A program made the position numbers and the translations under genes. This document shows positions 14,408 to 27,573 of a DNA stretch of 64,000 nucleotides, in pieces. The notes under the pieces are model-generated. The model searched no databases and was not told where the DNA came from. It worked only from the letters and a program-made list of their open reading frames with translations. This stretch comes from Octopus vulgaris (Eukaryota): the NCBI GenBank assembly GCA_951406725.2, contig OX597826.1, positions 36,456,001 through 36,520,000 of the forward strand, written 5' to 3'. The stretch's first letter is position 1; every line of letters begins with the position of its first letter.

Positions 14408-14579
14408 ATATGGGTACAGGACACCAAAAAAACGTCGAACACAATAAGAAACCTAAACATAAAAACAAAACCAAGAAAATGGACATTTTTCTTAAACAAC
14501 GAAAAGATAGAGTACAAGACATACAACACAAGGAACATTCCCCTTCTTCAGCCACCTCTGTTTCATCTACTCTGTGTTT
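14408..14579 (-). mobile_element. Short Penelope-associated repeat (same family as 16089-16292) with CUGAAGA half-core
   Basis: Reverse complement of 16120-16292, flanked by TA repeats. CTGAAGA at 14551-14545. Confidence 0.7.
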
Positions 14580-14705
14580 ATATATATATATACATATATC
14601 TATATGTGTGGTGTGTATATATATATATATATATCTGCCTGGCGAATGTCCAGTGACTGAAATTAGTAAATGTGTAAAAAGGGTGTCTATATATAAATAT
14701 ATAAA

Positions 14706-14990
14706 TATTGTGTTAAGCCAAAAGTTTTGCTCTATTTTGATAACTTATTTGCCTCAATCTACGACAAAGCCAGCCTAAAATATAAAGTAGAGGCCATCTC
14801 GTTGCACTGTTTGAAGCCATCTTTTCTGCCAGTTCTTTGACCCCATGCTGACACCAGTTCTTGCGCTTTGAGGCAAGGAACTCCCTCTCTGAATCCTCCA
14901 TCTCCTCTTGGTTGATGAAGCGTTGCAAGTGCAGGAATTGAGTCAGGGGTCAGAACAAATACTAATCCAAGGGAGATATTTTTCTGCAAT
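14706..14990 (-). mobile_element. Mariner transposon right end, degenerate transposase C-terminus
   Basis: ORF 14713-14928 FINQEEMEDSEREFLASKRKNWCQHGVKELAEK fits the mariner C-terminal pattern EFFASK..W..GI..L.ERW. TIR-like TATTGTGTTAAGCCAAAAGTT at about 14707. Confidence 0.7.
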
Positions 14991-15698
14991 CTTAATGTAC
15001 ATAGGCAGTGGTTAAGCAAGGGTCAGCTTCCAGAACCTGTCGCCAAACTTGGGTATTTTGAACAGAAGGTGATTCTCTGCATCTGGTGGTATTCTACACA
15101 CAATACAGATTCATACAAAAGGTACACCTCATAATCCTCATCATCATCATCATCTGGTAGCAGTTGGATGGTTTGACCACAGCTGGCAAGCGAGAGAGCT
15201 GCACCAAGTTCCAGTATGATTTGGCTTAGTTTCTATGGTTGGGTCCCTTTCTAACACCAACTACTTTACTGAGTGTGTGTATCAGGGACATGCCACCTGG
15301 GTAGGTAAGGAGGCAGTGCCTACTTGGAATAAAATAGAACCATAGCAACATTTTCCTTTTATGGCAAAATATGCACCTAATTCAATTAAATTATGAAGGT
15401 TACTCTGATTACTCTACATAAAATACAAAATATTTTATTTTTTGTAGATTAGATAGACATAATTTTCCCCTGCTTTTCAATCTCAGTATTAAAGCTATGC
15501 ATTGTACTGCTGTAGTACACATGCTGTGTGCATTCCTACAACATTTTATTTATGCATTATAAAGGCAGAAGTAATCTGCCTACAACTTAGTCATGTGCCT
15601 GTTTTTGCTTATTTTTTGTGTTTTACTTCATAAACGTCACCAACTACCTACCCTGTGTAATTACTGATGGCACATGCCTAGTGCGTGTGTATATATAT

Positions 15699-15755
<57 letters not shown>

Positions 15756-15757
15756 CA

Positions 15758-16088
15758 GAGACTCCCTTCAGTCACAAATGACCATGGGATTGCATCTAGA
15801 AAGTTACCCTCTGAGGCACAAGTCCAGGCAAGGTTGTTTATGGAAGGCTGGCAGTCACCCATGAATACCAGCCTCCCCTCTCTACACCACTGATGTTAGC
15901 CAAGGGAAAGGCAAAGGCCGATATAGCTTGGCACCAGTGACGTCACAACTCATTTCTACAGCTGAGTGAACTGAAGCAACATGAAATATGGTGTCTTGTT
16001 CAAGAACACAACATGCAGCCCAGTCTGGGAATCGAACTCACAACCTTACGATCGTAAGCTCGATGCTCTAACCACAGAGCCCTGCACC
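15758..16088 (-). mobile_element. tRNA-derived SINE (family D)
   Basis: Minus strand GGCTCTGTGGTTAGAGCATCGAGCTTACGATCGTAAGGTTGTGAGTTCGATTCCC is tRNA-like with A and B boxes, followed by a CORE-like TTCTTGAACAAGACAC. Second copy at 60134-60448 (+). Confidence 0.8.
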
Positions 16089-16292
16089 TTTCATCTACTC
16101 TGCATTTCACCTTCGAAACGCAGAGTAGATGAAACCATGGCGACCGAAGAAGGGGAATTTTCCTTGTGTTATTTGTCCTGTACTCTATTTTTTCGTTGTT
16201 TAAGAAAAATGTCCAGTTCCTTGGTTTTGTATTTATGTTTTCGTTTCTCATTGTGTTCGACGTTTTTTTGGTGTCCTGTACCCATATATTCA
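16089..16292 (+). mobile_element. Short Penelope-associated repeat with 5' micro-inversion and HHR core halves in GAAA-then-CYGAAGA order
   Basis: 16089-16108 is an inverted copy of 16115-16134. Sequence CCTTC GAAA CGCA..GGCGA CCGAAGA AGGGG. Confidence 0.65.
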
Positions 16293-16859
16293 TGTAGAGG
16301 TAGGTACATACATATATGTATGAATATATGCATATGTTTTTTTTATCAATTTATTATATGACGCAACACACGCATCCATTTCTAAGTAAGATTGTTCTAT
16401 ATATATATATATATATATGTATCAAATATAAAGATATGGAAATGTCATCCTTACAATATTTGACTTGTCCTGATATTTGTAACTTTGCATAAAAGTGTTA
16501 AGAAAAGAAGTTCCAGGTGGAAATATGACCACTAAGTGGGCCTACCAGGGCTGTGCATGCAAAGAACAAAAGATCTTGTGAGTAGAGATGTGGTCAAAAA
16601 AATTAGCTCACTATTAACTCTGAGAAATACAATTCCTCTACAAACATTACGAATATGCCGACTGAAGTCAGTACACAACCCGTCAAAATGATATTTGAAA
16701 CATTTGCTAATGCAGCTGACCAAATGGGATTTGGCAGTAAGCATGCATAATTAAAATTACTAATATCATTAGAGGCTACTGAAATTTTGCTTAAAGTTTT
16801 GTATTACCTCATTTCAACATAATTTGGTCTGTCTATCTGTCTATCTATCTACATGTGTA

Positions 16860-16896
<37 letters not shown>

Positions 16897-16941
16897 GTAT
16901 ACGTGTGTGAGTAGGTATATGTATGCAGTGCCTTTGTGTGC

Positions 16942-16976
<35 letters not shown>

Positions 16977-17011
16977 TGTCTGTGTGTATATGTACATTTA
17001 TTCATTCATTT

Positions 17012-17198
17012 TACATACATACCCCTATGCTAGCAAGGGTTAAATGAACATATATACACACTATGTATGCAAATGTGTAATGGTACATAAATGTATGTAT
17101 ATATATATATATGTGCATGTGTGTGTGTAAGGATATATATATATACATACATACACACACACACACACACATAAATATATATATATACACATACATAT

Positions 17199-17233
<35 letters not shown>

Positions 17234-17364
17234 CACATACATACCCCTATGCTAGCAAGGGTTAAATGAACATATATACACACTATGTATGCAAATGTGT
17301 AATGGTACATAAATGTATGTATATATATATATATGTGCATGTGTGTGTGTAAGGATATATATAT

Positions 17365-17395
<31 letters not shown>

Positions 17396-17422
17396 TAAAT
17401 ATATATATATACACATACATAT

Positions 17423-17455
<33 letters not shown>

Positions 17456-17470
17456 CACATACATATACAC
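17012..17470 (+). repeat. Tandem duplication, about 222-bp period
   Basis: CCCCTATGCTAGCAAGGGTTAAATGAAC..GGTACATAAATG at 17022 and 17244, identical apart from microsatellite length. Confidence 0.9.
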
Positions 17471-18729
17471 ACACACACATATATATATACACACACATAT
17501 ATATATACACACACATACACTCTCACACACACACAAACACACACACATAAATACAGAGAGAGGGGGAGGGAGAGGGAAAGAATAGGAGAGTGAGAAAGTA
17601 AGAAGAAAGACATAGACTCATACATCTTTATTTTGTAGCAGCTTCATTTCTTCTTGCAGAACCAAAATTTATTAGAAATAAAAGTTTTTTTTGTCTTTTA
17701 CTATATGCCATTATTTATTTATTTCTTCCACTGAGATGAGAAATGGTTACTGTCTGCTTGCTTCCCACTCTGATGTTACATTACTTCAGTCGGATATAGT
17801 ACTTTTTTTTTTTTTACTATGCATTGAATTATAGGAAAGCTAGCATCTGACAGTCTATAATATAAAAATGTGAGCGGAAGAGCAAAACAGAAGGACCGAG
17901 TCCTTTTAGTGGTATCTAAGTTCTCAAGTTGATAGTTGCTTTCTTTCTGCAGTGTAATTAATTGTAGAAGTAGGACTTAGTACAGGTGTTGTAATATAGA
18001 ATGTGTCTCAACTTGGTGGAGATAACGACGTGTGTATGATTGATTGGAGAAGAAAAAAAATTAATAATAAATGTGAATTCAGAAAGAAAATAGAGAAATG
18101 ATATGAGTTTATGATGTAAAGTGGTTGGCGAGAGGATGGACATCAAGTAATGTAAAAGACATGCAAGAGATATTGGAAGACCTATCCAACCCATGCAAGC
18201 ATGAAACAACAAATGTAAAATTATGAAGATGACAATATGTGTGTGTGTGTGGTGGTGATGGTGGTGGTGGGTGTTTAAGAAGTCCACTTCCCAACCACAT
18301 CATTTCTGGTTCAATCCCACTGCATGGACATCATGAGCAAGTATCTTCTAACGTAGCACAAAGCTAACCAAAGCCATGCGATTGAGTTAGACAGGCAGAA
18401 ACTGAAACAATTTTAACATGTATATGTGTGTGTGTGTCTGTGCGTGTATGAGTGTGTGTGTGTATGTGTGTACATAGTTGTGTGTGTGCGTGTGTATTTG
18501 TGTTTTGTGTGTGTGTCTTTGTATCTTTGTGGTTTGGCATTGCACAATCGTTATGTATAGTGCTTCTGTCATGCATCTTCTATGAAAACATTTCCAGCCA
18601 AGGGAAAATATTATCTCACTTGGAAACAGGTAAGGTTTGGCAACAGGAAGAGCATCAGGCCCTGGACAATCTGTCCAACCCATGCAAATATGGTAAAAGG
18701 ATGAGAATGAGGATATAAATACATACATG

Positions 18730-18768
<39 letters not shown>

Positions 18769-19079
18769 ACACATCCAGAGGTAAATTTAATGTATTGCCT
18801 GATTCTGGATACAGTTTCTGATTACCAAATTCCACTTACAAGTCAATCAGTTAATCTGAAGAATCACTCACCTGGAACAAAATTTGTTGATCCATAACAG
18901 TGCTTTCAATCCATTAGAATTTTGTCTGATAGAAAGTAATAATTATTCCAAAGTACCATCTTATTCTTTATTGTCTTGAAGATGCAGTTCTTTGATCATT
19001 TAGAACTAAGTAAATCAAAAAACCATTCTATTCTGTAATAGAATAAAACAAGGACATTAGTGACATTCAGAAATGAGAA

Positions 19080-19197
19080 ATAGTAGTACAAGCAGTTCAA
19101 AGAGTGGAATGTACTTGGAAGGATGTGCCATATCGGATATGTTTGAAATATCAAAACAGTTACAGTATTCATTGAAGATTTGGTGTCTGATCTGATT
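19080..19197 (-). pseudogene. Candidate degenerate exon, channel extracellular loop (YG-TSF-like)
   Basis: Acceptor ttctttaattacAG. Frameshifted fragments EYCNCF / TYP / YGTSF / STF resemble Nav NPNYGYTSFDTF. Confidence 0.3.
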
Positions 19198-19521
19198 CTG
19201 TAATTAAAGAAACCATTGTCTTTGAAATGCCATATGTATATGCTTACATTTACAGGCACACACTCACGCACAAACATAAATGTGCATATACATCCACACA
19301 TATGAATTCTTACAGACACATATATCAGCTTATATACCTACAAACATATATACATACCGTATATATGTGTGTTATATGTGTCAATATGCGTTGATATTGA
19401 TCTATCTATCTATTGATCTATCTATCTATTGATCTATCTATCTATCTATCTATCTATTGATCTATCTATCTATCTATCTATCTATTGATCTATCTATTGA
19501 TCTATCTATCTATCTATTTAT

Positions 19522-19605
<84 letters not shown>

Positions 19606-19752
19606 CTGTTTATCAGTCTATCTTTATATCTATTTATCTATCAAGCAATCTTTATAAATATATAAATAAATATATATATACATCTTATCTGTTTATCAAT
19701 CTATCTTATCTATCTATCTATCTATCTGGCAATCTTTATATATTTATATATA

Positions 19753-19897
<145 letters not shown>

Positions 19898-22029
19898 TTT
19901 ACCTGTTTGTCAACCTATATTTATATCTATTTATCTATCTATCAATCTATATATATATATATATGAAACAAAAGCATTGCTTTACACATTGTACACTGAT
20001 TGATGTTTATCAGGTTATGTACTTTAAAAGCATAAATAGACATATATACATAGAAAGAGAGTTTCATCTGACTTTGTAAGTATTTAAAGCTATAAACACA
20101 ACCAAACAGTTGAATGATGGTAAGGAATTGTAAAAGAATGAAACTGGTTCATGAATATAGATTTATTAATCCTAAATGCAGGCACAGCCAATGAGCATAT
20201 GTGTGTACTTGTGTGCATGCATAGTGTAGGGTTTCCATAGGTCACTGTGAAGGTATATCACACTAACATCATCGTCGTTGTCGTTGTTGTCGTCGTCATC
20301 GTCGTCGGCGTTGTTGTCATCATTGTCATCATCATTGTCGTTATCATCATTAGTATTATCATCACCTTTATTTAAAGTGCTTTTCTATGCTGGCATGGAT
20401 TGACTGGTTTGACAGGTCCTGGCTAGTTTGGGAGCCACCCCAGATTCCATAGTCTGTTGTAGCATGGTTCAATAGTTGGATGCCCTTCCTAACCCCAACC
20501 ACTTTACAGAGTGTACTCGGTGCTTTTTTCCATGGCACCAGCACGAGTTGTTTTTTTTTACATGACACTAGCATCAGTGATTATTTATACTCTTTGTGAT
20601 CTAGTTATGTTTTTTATATAAATATATTTTATTTGTTAGTTATGTTTTGGATTATGTCTATCATTGTTTGAATTGCATATTAGTGGTTTTATCTCTAATT
20701 TATATAATATATATATATATATAAATATATATATACATATATACGACAGGCTTCTTTCAGTTTCCATCTACCAAATCCACTTACAAGGCTTTGGTCCACC
20801 CAAGGCTATAGTAGAAAACACTTGCTTAAGGTGCCACATGGACTGAACTCGGAACAATGTGGTTGGTAAGCAAGTTTCTTACCACACAACCACTCCCACG
20901 CCTACGAAGAAAAACACATATATACCTATGCTTTGACCCCTATTTTTCTTCTCATCACCAAACCTACACATGCACATACACACACATGACCAATGGTATG
21001 TATAATATATAAAACAGCAGAGACCTGACTCCCATGTTGATATAAAATGGGTGAAACTGATGGATTGTGAAAACTGCCTCATCTAATCTGCCTTGATAGT
21101 TGTTTTTGTATCTTAACCATCCGTAATGGGATATTGTGTGTACTAAATGCTTAGATATTCTCAGTCAACTGAAGTTGCGGCAATTAATATGTAAAAGCAC
21201 TGATAAATTTTATAGCTTTGGAAATATTTCTGGATTTTCCATACGTATTGCTAATAATGATTGATATATCATTATAGTAATATTATTTATATGACTAATT
21301 ATATTTCTAATTGAGTTACTAATAAATTATTCATTTATAATTAATGTATTTGTGTATAACTATTTCAGTTTACTATATTATGCAGTTTCAGTGATGAAAT
21401 GATGGCCGCAACTATCTGGTCACTGCGTGTGCCACCCTGAGCTGGAAGCATCCACATTAGGGGACATAATAAAGGCTGCCGTTCATGGTGATGTAAGAAG
21501 AGGCAAAGATTGTCATGCTTACATCAACAACTTGATTGCAGACACTGGCGTGGATTGTATCCAGGACATCAAGACAGTGATGATGGACTGAGAAATGTGG
21601 TGGGTTGATATTGCTGTCGCAGCCTGGGTCAGAACCCAGCCATAATAATGAATAGTGATGAAAAAAGAACAAGAAAATTATCAAGAAAAATACCCTTAAA
21701 AAAGAGAAAGAAAACAATGAGGTGGGGGTAATTAAGTAGCAGTGAATGGTTGTGTGAGGCACTGACAGGGTGTACACCCCAGAACAAATGGTGTGTTTAG
21801 CCACACCTCACAGACATGATTGCGAAGGTGTTTCCATAGAATATGGTCAGTGACACTTGCTTCAGCACCAACCTCACCTCATGGGACTTATTCTCATAAC
21901 TTCTCATTTCTTTGATAGATTATGTTCCAGACATGAGGTTTAACATAGTAATTTTACTATATTCCCTCAAATATCTGATTATTCTCAAAATTAAATTAAA
22001 CATATTATAGAAGTATTGAACAAAATTCA

Positions 22030-22500
22030 TAATTTTTACTTTCACTTTAAGATATCTTTTTTCCTTTTAGTTTCATGTTGATCATATAAACCGTTGGAGG
22101 CTTTCTTGGAAATGAATTCTTGACTATTGATTTACAGTAAATCGGAGAATGACCACATTCTATCTTCTTCTGCTGAAGACCTTAATAATTTCTAACACAT
22201 CATTCTGTTTCATATGACAAGTAAAACTGGACCAAAAATTTCTGCATTAAAGATATTCTACAGTTTCCTTATTAGATATTCCAGAGGTATTTCCAGTTTA
22301 GCTTCCAATGGATATTTCTGGAAGCGTAAAGTTAATTTCTATGAATTCTTGAATTTGGTGATTTTAATATAGGAAGAGATTTCACTTACCGAAATTTTCA
22401 TTAAAAATTAAAATGACATAGTTATAATGTATTAATCATGAACACCGACAATTCTAAATGAGTATATTAATACGATTTTCACGAATATATGATTTTTCCC
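22030..22500 (-). pseudogene. Candidate degenerate segment, channel S5 plus extracellular loop
   Basis: IVLIYSF / LSVFMINTL*LCHFNF**KF resembles Nav LSVFALIGLQLFMGNLRxKC, and the stops are explicable as C>T changes from CAA/CGA. Later fragments ETVEYL*CRNFW and IECGHSP. Confidence 0.35.
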
Positions 22501-22573
22501 ATATATATATATATATATATGATGACGATGATGATGATGATGATGTATAAATAATAAGGGTGAAAAATTATAT

Positions 22574-22604
<31 letters not shown>

Positions 22605-22670
22605 ACATACAAATACATATATATATATATATATATACAAATACATATATATATATATATATATATACAA

Positions 22671-22716
<46 letters not shown>

Positions 22717-23071
22717 GTATGTATGTCTGTCTATATCTGTCACCATACATGGAATCAGGTAATCTGGCAGTACTCATAAAAGAAGCTCCTTAATGTATCA
22801 TTCTACAAAACATATAGAATATATAGTACAATGTGAGACAAAATGGTAGGGAGTGTATAAAGTCATAAATGACAGAGAAATGTAACAGTAAGAAAATTCT
22901 AATATCACAACAAATTGTTTCGTAACTTAAAGACATGTAAATAATTTGTATTGTAATATTTAATAATAAATAAATTACTTACATGTCTGTATTAATGTAA
23001 AATGCAAAAAATCCTTGAAATTAATGCACGATTTAAGCTTTATTTATATATATACATATATATATATATAT

Positions 23072-23205
23072 ATGTAAAAAAATACAAACTGGGACAAGAA
23101 CGCAAAACATTTAGAAGATGCTACAAAAAACATGGATGGGACATTCGAAGCCTTCAATCTTCAGTCAAGAACCGGATCATCCTCGGAATTTCAGCTGATT
23201 AATCT
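23072..23205 (-). mobile_element. Short Penelope-associated repeat with truncated permuted HHR-like motif
   Basis: Minus strand: AGA TTAATCAGCT GAAA TTCC (14 nt) TCTTGA CTGAAGA TTGAA GGCT. Flanked by TA repeats. Confidence 0.55.
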
Positions 23206-23213
23206 AAATATGT

Positions 23214-23260
<47 letters not shown>

Positions 23261-23465
23261 TGTATGCATGTATGTATGTATATATGTATGTATATAATAT
23301 GTATATATGTATTTATGTGTATTTATGTATGTATATATATATATGTGTATATGTATATATATACATATGTATGCATATAATATGTATATATGCATACATT
23401 TATGTATTTATATATGTATATATATGTATGTATACATATCTGTGTGTGTGCATATGTGTGTGTTT

Positions 23466-23503
<38 letters not shown>

Positions 23504-23865
23504 TGAGTGCTCAATACATATTGCTTTTTTATTACAAGTGAAGCTAAGAATTTGTCTCCGAACTCAACTTTCTTAAAACCGTGAGAAGTTTTACTAAATT
23601 CCTTCAAATTCCTGGTTCTTTTCAAAATCAACTGAAACACATTTTGCTACAAGTACCTTAAAACATTTATTAGTATTTTGGTTTTCACATAAAGTTGATT
23701 TGCCTGAAGATCACTGTTGTATGAAACTGGAGTCGTGAGACACACTCTAGATTTCAGTATTTATAAAAAAAACTCTGTGTGTGTGTGTTTGTGTGTGCAT
23801 GCATACATGTGTGTGCCCATGTTTGTATAAATGAATAGATAGGCAGATAAATAAATAGATAGATA

Positions 23866-23898
<33 letters not shown>

Positions 23899-24760
23899 GA
23901 AGAGAGAGATATGCCCACAAATATATTTCCTCCACAAATTTAACAAGCTGATATGCTTGCTAACCTGAAAAATATTCATTAGAAATGAGAATATTTACAA
24001 GGGTAATTAAAAAAGATTTTTCACCCTGGAATTTTGATACGGCACCTCTGGTAAGTTATGAACATGGGAGCAATAATTCCCAGCTTCATAAACCTCTAAA
24101 TTATTCCTTTATTTATTTATGTCATTAACTGGATTTCTTTAAGAATTTTCTGCCCACTTTTACTTTCGAGTAAAGATCAAAAAGATTGTAAATAGTTTGT
24201 TTTGTTTTTACTTTTTGTTTGTTTGAATATTTTCTAAACCAATAAATATCCACCAATTGACACCCTACCTCACCCACCCACCAAAAAAAGAATCATCATT
24301 CTTATATTCGGATGTCTGTATCTTTATCATGTTGTTTATATCATTTAGGTTCCATTAAGTTCAACTAAAAAAAAAGAACCACAAAGACCAAAAAAAAAAA
24401 TACAATTAAAGGAATAAATATAAAATAAAATAAATACATCAACATAAAAGAAAGTAAAATTTTAAGGAAAAAAATGTGAATTAGCAGGAAATAAATTCTC
24501 TGTTTGACTAAATTCTTAGAGGCTGATGCATGAAGTTAATATGGCTTCCGTGAGAAAAATCTAGTGAATGTGGCAGTATGAATTCAACCAGTGATACAGG
24601 CTTGGAATCTGTGTATGGCTTCCACGTTTATTGTGGAAGTTTTCTGTTTAGTCATGTGTGAATTGCTTTTGAAATAATAAGAGATTCCAAAATAAGATGA
24701 AAAGATACATGGAGAGACATAAATATTGCAATATATGCATACATATATATATACAAACAA

Positions 24761-24826
<66 letters not shown>

Positions 24827-24865
24827 GTATGTGTGTATGTATATGTGTATATGTGTATGTGTGTA

Positions 24866-25124
<259 letters not shown>

Positions 25125-25688
25125 CATACACACATACACATACATATATACATATATATGTATATGTGTCTGTATATGTGTATTTATCTTCTATCTATCC
25201 ATCTGTCTATCTACTTATCTGTCTATCTATACATACACACACACACACACACACAATTATATATATATATATCTTTATATATGGAAAGCATTAAAAAAAG
25301 TTTCGCTGTTAAAATTTCTTTATTTCTTCATCTGTATAAGATGTCAGATGAATATATGTTTTCAATGTCTTAAATAATAGTAGTACTGATGATATAGTTA
25401 GAAAAGTAAGATAATGATGATGAGGAGGAGGAGGATGATGATGATGATAAGGTAACCAAAAAAAGTATGAATATAAACACAGAAAAAAAATAAATATACA
25501 ATACAAAGGTAGAAAGAGATTTATTTATGAAGAATTCAGTATATGACCAGAGGCATCTTATTACTGATCAGAAAATATCAGTGTTGAATACAGAGGACAG
25601 AAAGAGAAAAAAATATATATATATATGTAGGTATGGGTGTTGAAATGTCTGCAAAAAAACACTCTTTTTTCATTTTATCTCTTTTAAA

Positions 25689-25721
<33 letters not shown>

Positions 25722-25748
25722 TACATGCATATAAACATACATATATGC

Positions 25749-25779
<31 letters not shown>

Positions 25780-25905
25780 CATATATATATACATACATAT
25801 ATATGTATATATATATACACACACACACACATATATATACACATATGTACATAATAATTTATTTTTTATGTATTTTAATTTATATATTTGTATGTGTATA
25901 TATAT

Positions 25906-25958
<53 letters not shown>

Positions 25959-27169
25959 TATATATAATTTATCATTTAATTGACTGTAAATTCGAAGTTT
26001 TTCGCTGGTGATAGCTCACTGTTAAATATGGGCAGTCTGAAAAAGCCACCATGATAAAACTTTGAAGTTATTATTATTGAACTTGTGTAAACTATTATAC
26101 ACGGGCCTTGTATTGAATCCTTCAGTCGCTCTCCATGTATAAAAGCCTTTTTTTTAAATATATATTTTTTGTAAGTATTTAGATATCTTTTGTGAGACAT
26201 CATTTTCCTATGGTGCATCATTTGCGAATCACTATTTTAAGTCCTTAAGTCAGCAAGCTGGCAGAAACGTTAGCACACCGGGTGAAATGCTTAGCGGTAT
26301 TTTGTCTGTTTTTACATTCTGAGTTCAAATTCCGAAGGTCGACTTTGCCTTTCAGGGTCTAAATTAAGTACTAGTTGCATACTGGGGTTGATCTAATCGA
26401 CTGGTCCCCTCCCCACTAAAAATTTTGGGCTTTGTGCCTAGAGTAGAAAAGACTATTCTAAATCCTTGATGGAATGTTTGTGAGAAAGCTAACATTCCAA
26501 TCTACTGCCCCTTCACAGGGTTCAGTGCTCACCTTTACACTTTGAGCTTAAATATTTGGCTAAAACTTTTTGCTGAGAACTTTATTTTTTATAAAATATT
26601 GTATCATTTAATTATGCTTCATGTAAAATTTTAATTTTAATTAATCATGTTTTAATTTAACTCATAACATCAATGAAATGACTTATAATAATGGTTCCAA
26701 ATTTTGGCACGAAGCCAGAAATTTTGGAAGAGAGTGAAAGTCAACTCAAATGCTCAAATGGTACTTATTCTTTACTGACCCTGAAAGGATGAAAGACAAA
26801 GCTGAACTTGGAGGCATTTGAACTCAGATTGCAAAATCACACGAAATGTCACTAAACATTTTGCCTGGTTAATGATTCTGCCAGCTCACTGCCCTAAAAA
26901 ATGATTTATAATGATGAAAATATTAATGAATTCCAGGTCAGAATGCCTGACCCAGAAGAACAGAAACACGTTATTGTGTAACTTATCTCAAGACTTGATA
27001 TAAGAAGTGAAACTCACAACCTATGAATAGAGATGCTGACATCTGTATCTACTCAATCACAACTGTTTCCGTATAGGACTTATATCACAATTCTTAGAAA
27101 ACAAAATCCATTCATGCATGCACGCACATACACACTACAACACATACACATGCACAGATACATATACAT

Positions 27170-27573
27170 TTAATGCTTATAATCCAATCAGTAAATAGAT
27201 AATGTCCAGAGAATACCACTTAATTATCCTAGCAGCAATTTTATTCTAGTTAAACCTGTCACATTGGTTTCAGATTATTTCCGATATCGCACATCTGAAT
27301 GGAACTTGAAAATCTCATGCACAACTAAAAACAATGCCAAACAAATTGAAATCCAGTAACATTAATAAGAACACATCTGGTGCATGTGATAAATATCTGA
27401 TGAAAGTGTTACTAATAAAAGGCTCATTGGATTGTGTGTGAAGCTTCTCAAAGTTCCTTTTGTTAACAATCTGTCATCGCCTTAATCCATTGACAATAGG
27501 AAGTAATTAAGAGACTTATCACGTATTACAGGCAAGATAATTGTCAACGGATGGTCTTAAAACTGGTGAGATG
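27170..27573 (-). pseudogene. Candidate degenerate segment, channel S4-S5 region
   Basis: Acceptor ttgtctttaacAG. Fragments HLTSFKTIR, LLPIVNGLRR* and ISNTFIRYLSHAPDVFLLMLLDFNLFGIVFS; compare [29 protein letters not shown]. Several stops. Confidence 0.3.

Noticed and set aside
14639-14670. CTGGCGA..GTC CAGT GAC T GAAA TTAG TA as an HHR
   Set aside because: Core mutated and stem I missing. It may be a remnant but cannot be supported.
15758-16088. tRNA gene calls for the tRNA-like heads (also 6113, 41919, 60134)
   Set aside because: The heads continue into SINE bodies present in multiple copies and lack proper acceptor stems.
23550-24052. Plus-strand fragments resembling channel S4 (LKTVRSFTKFLQIPG) and S2-S3 (YSLEMRIFTR..SPWNFD)
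   Set aside because: Opposite strand to the other channel-like segments and in the wrong order for a plus-strand gene. This shows how easily short matches arise, so they were not called.
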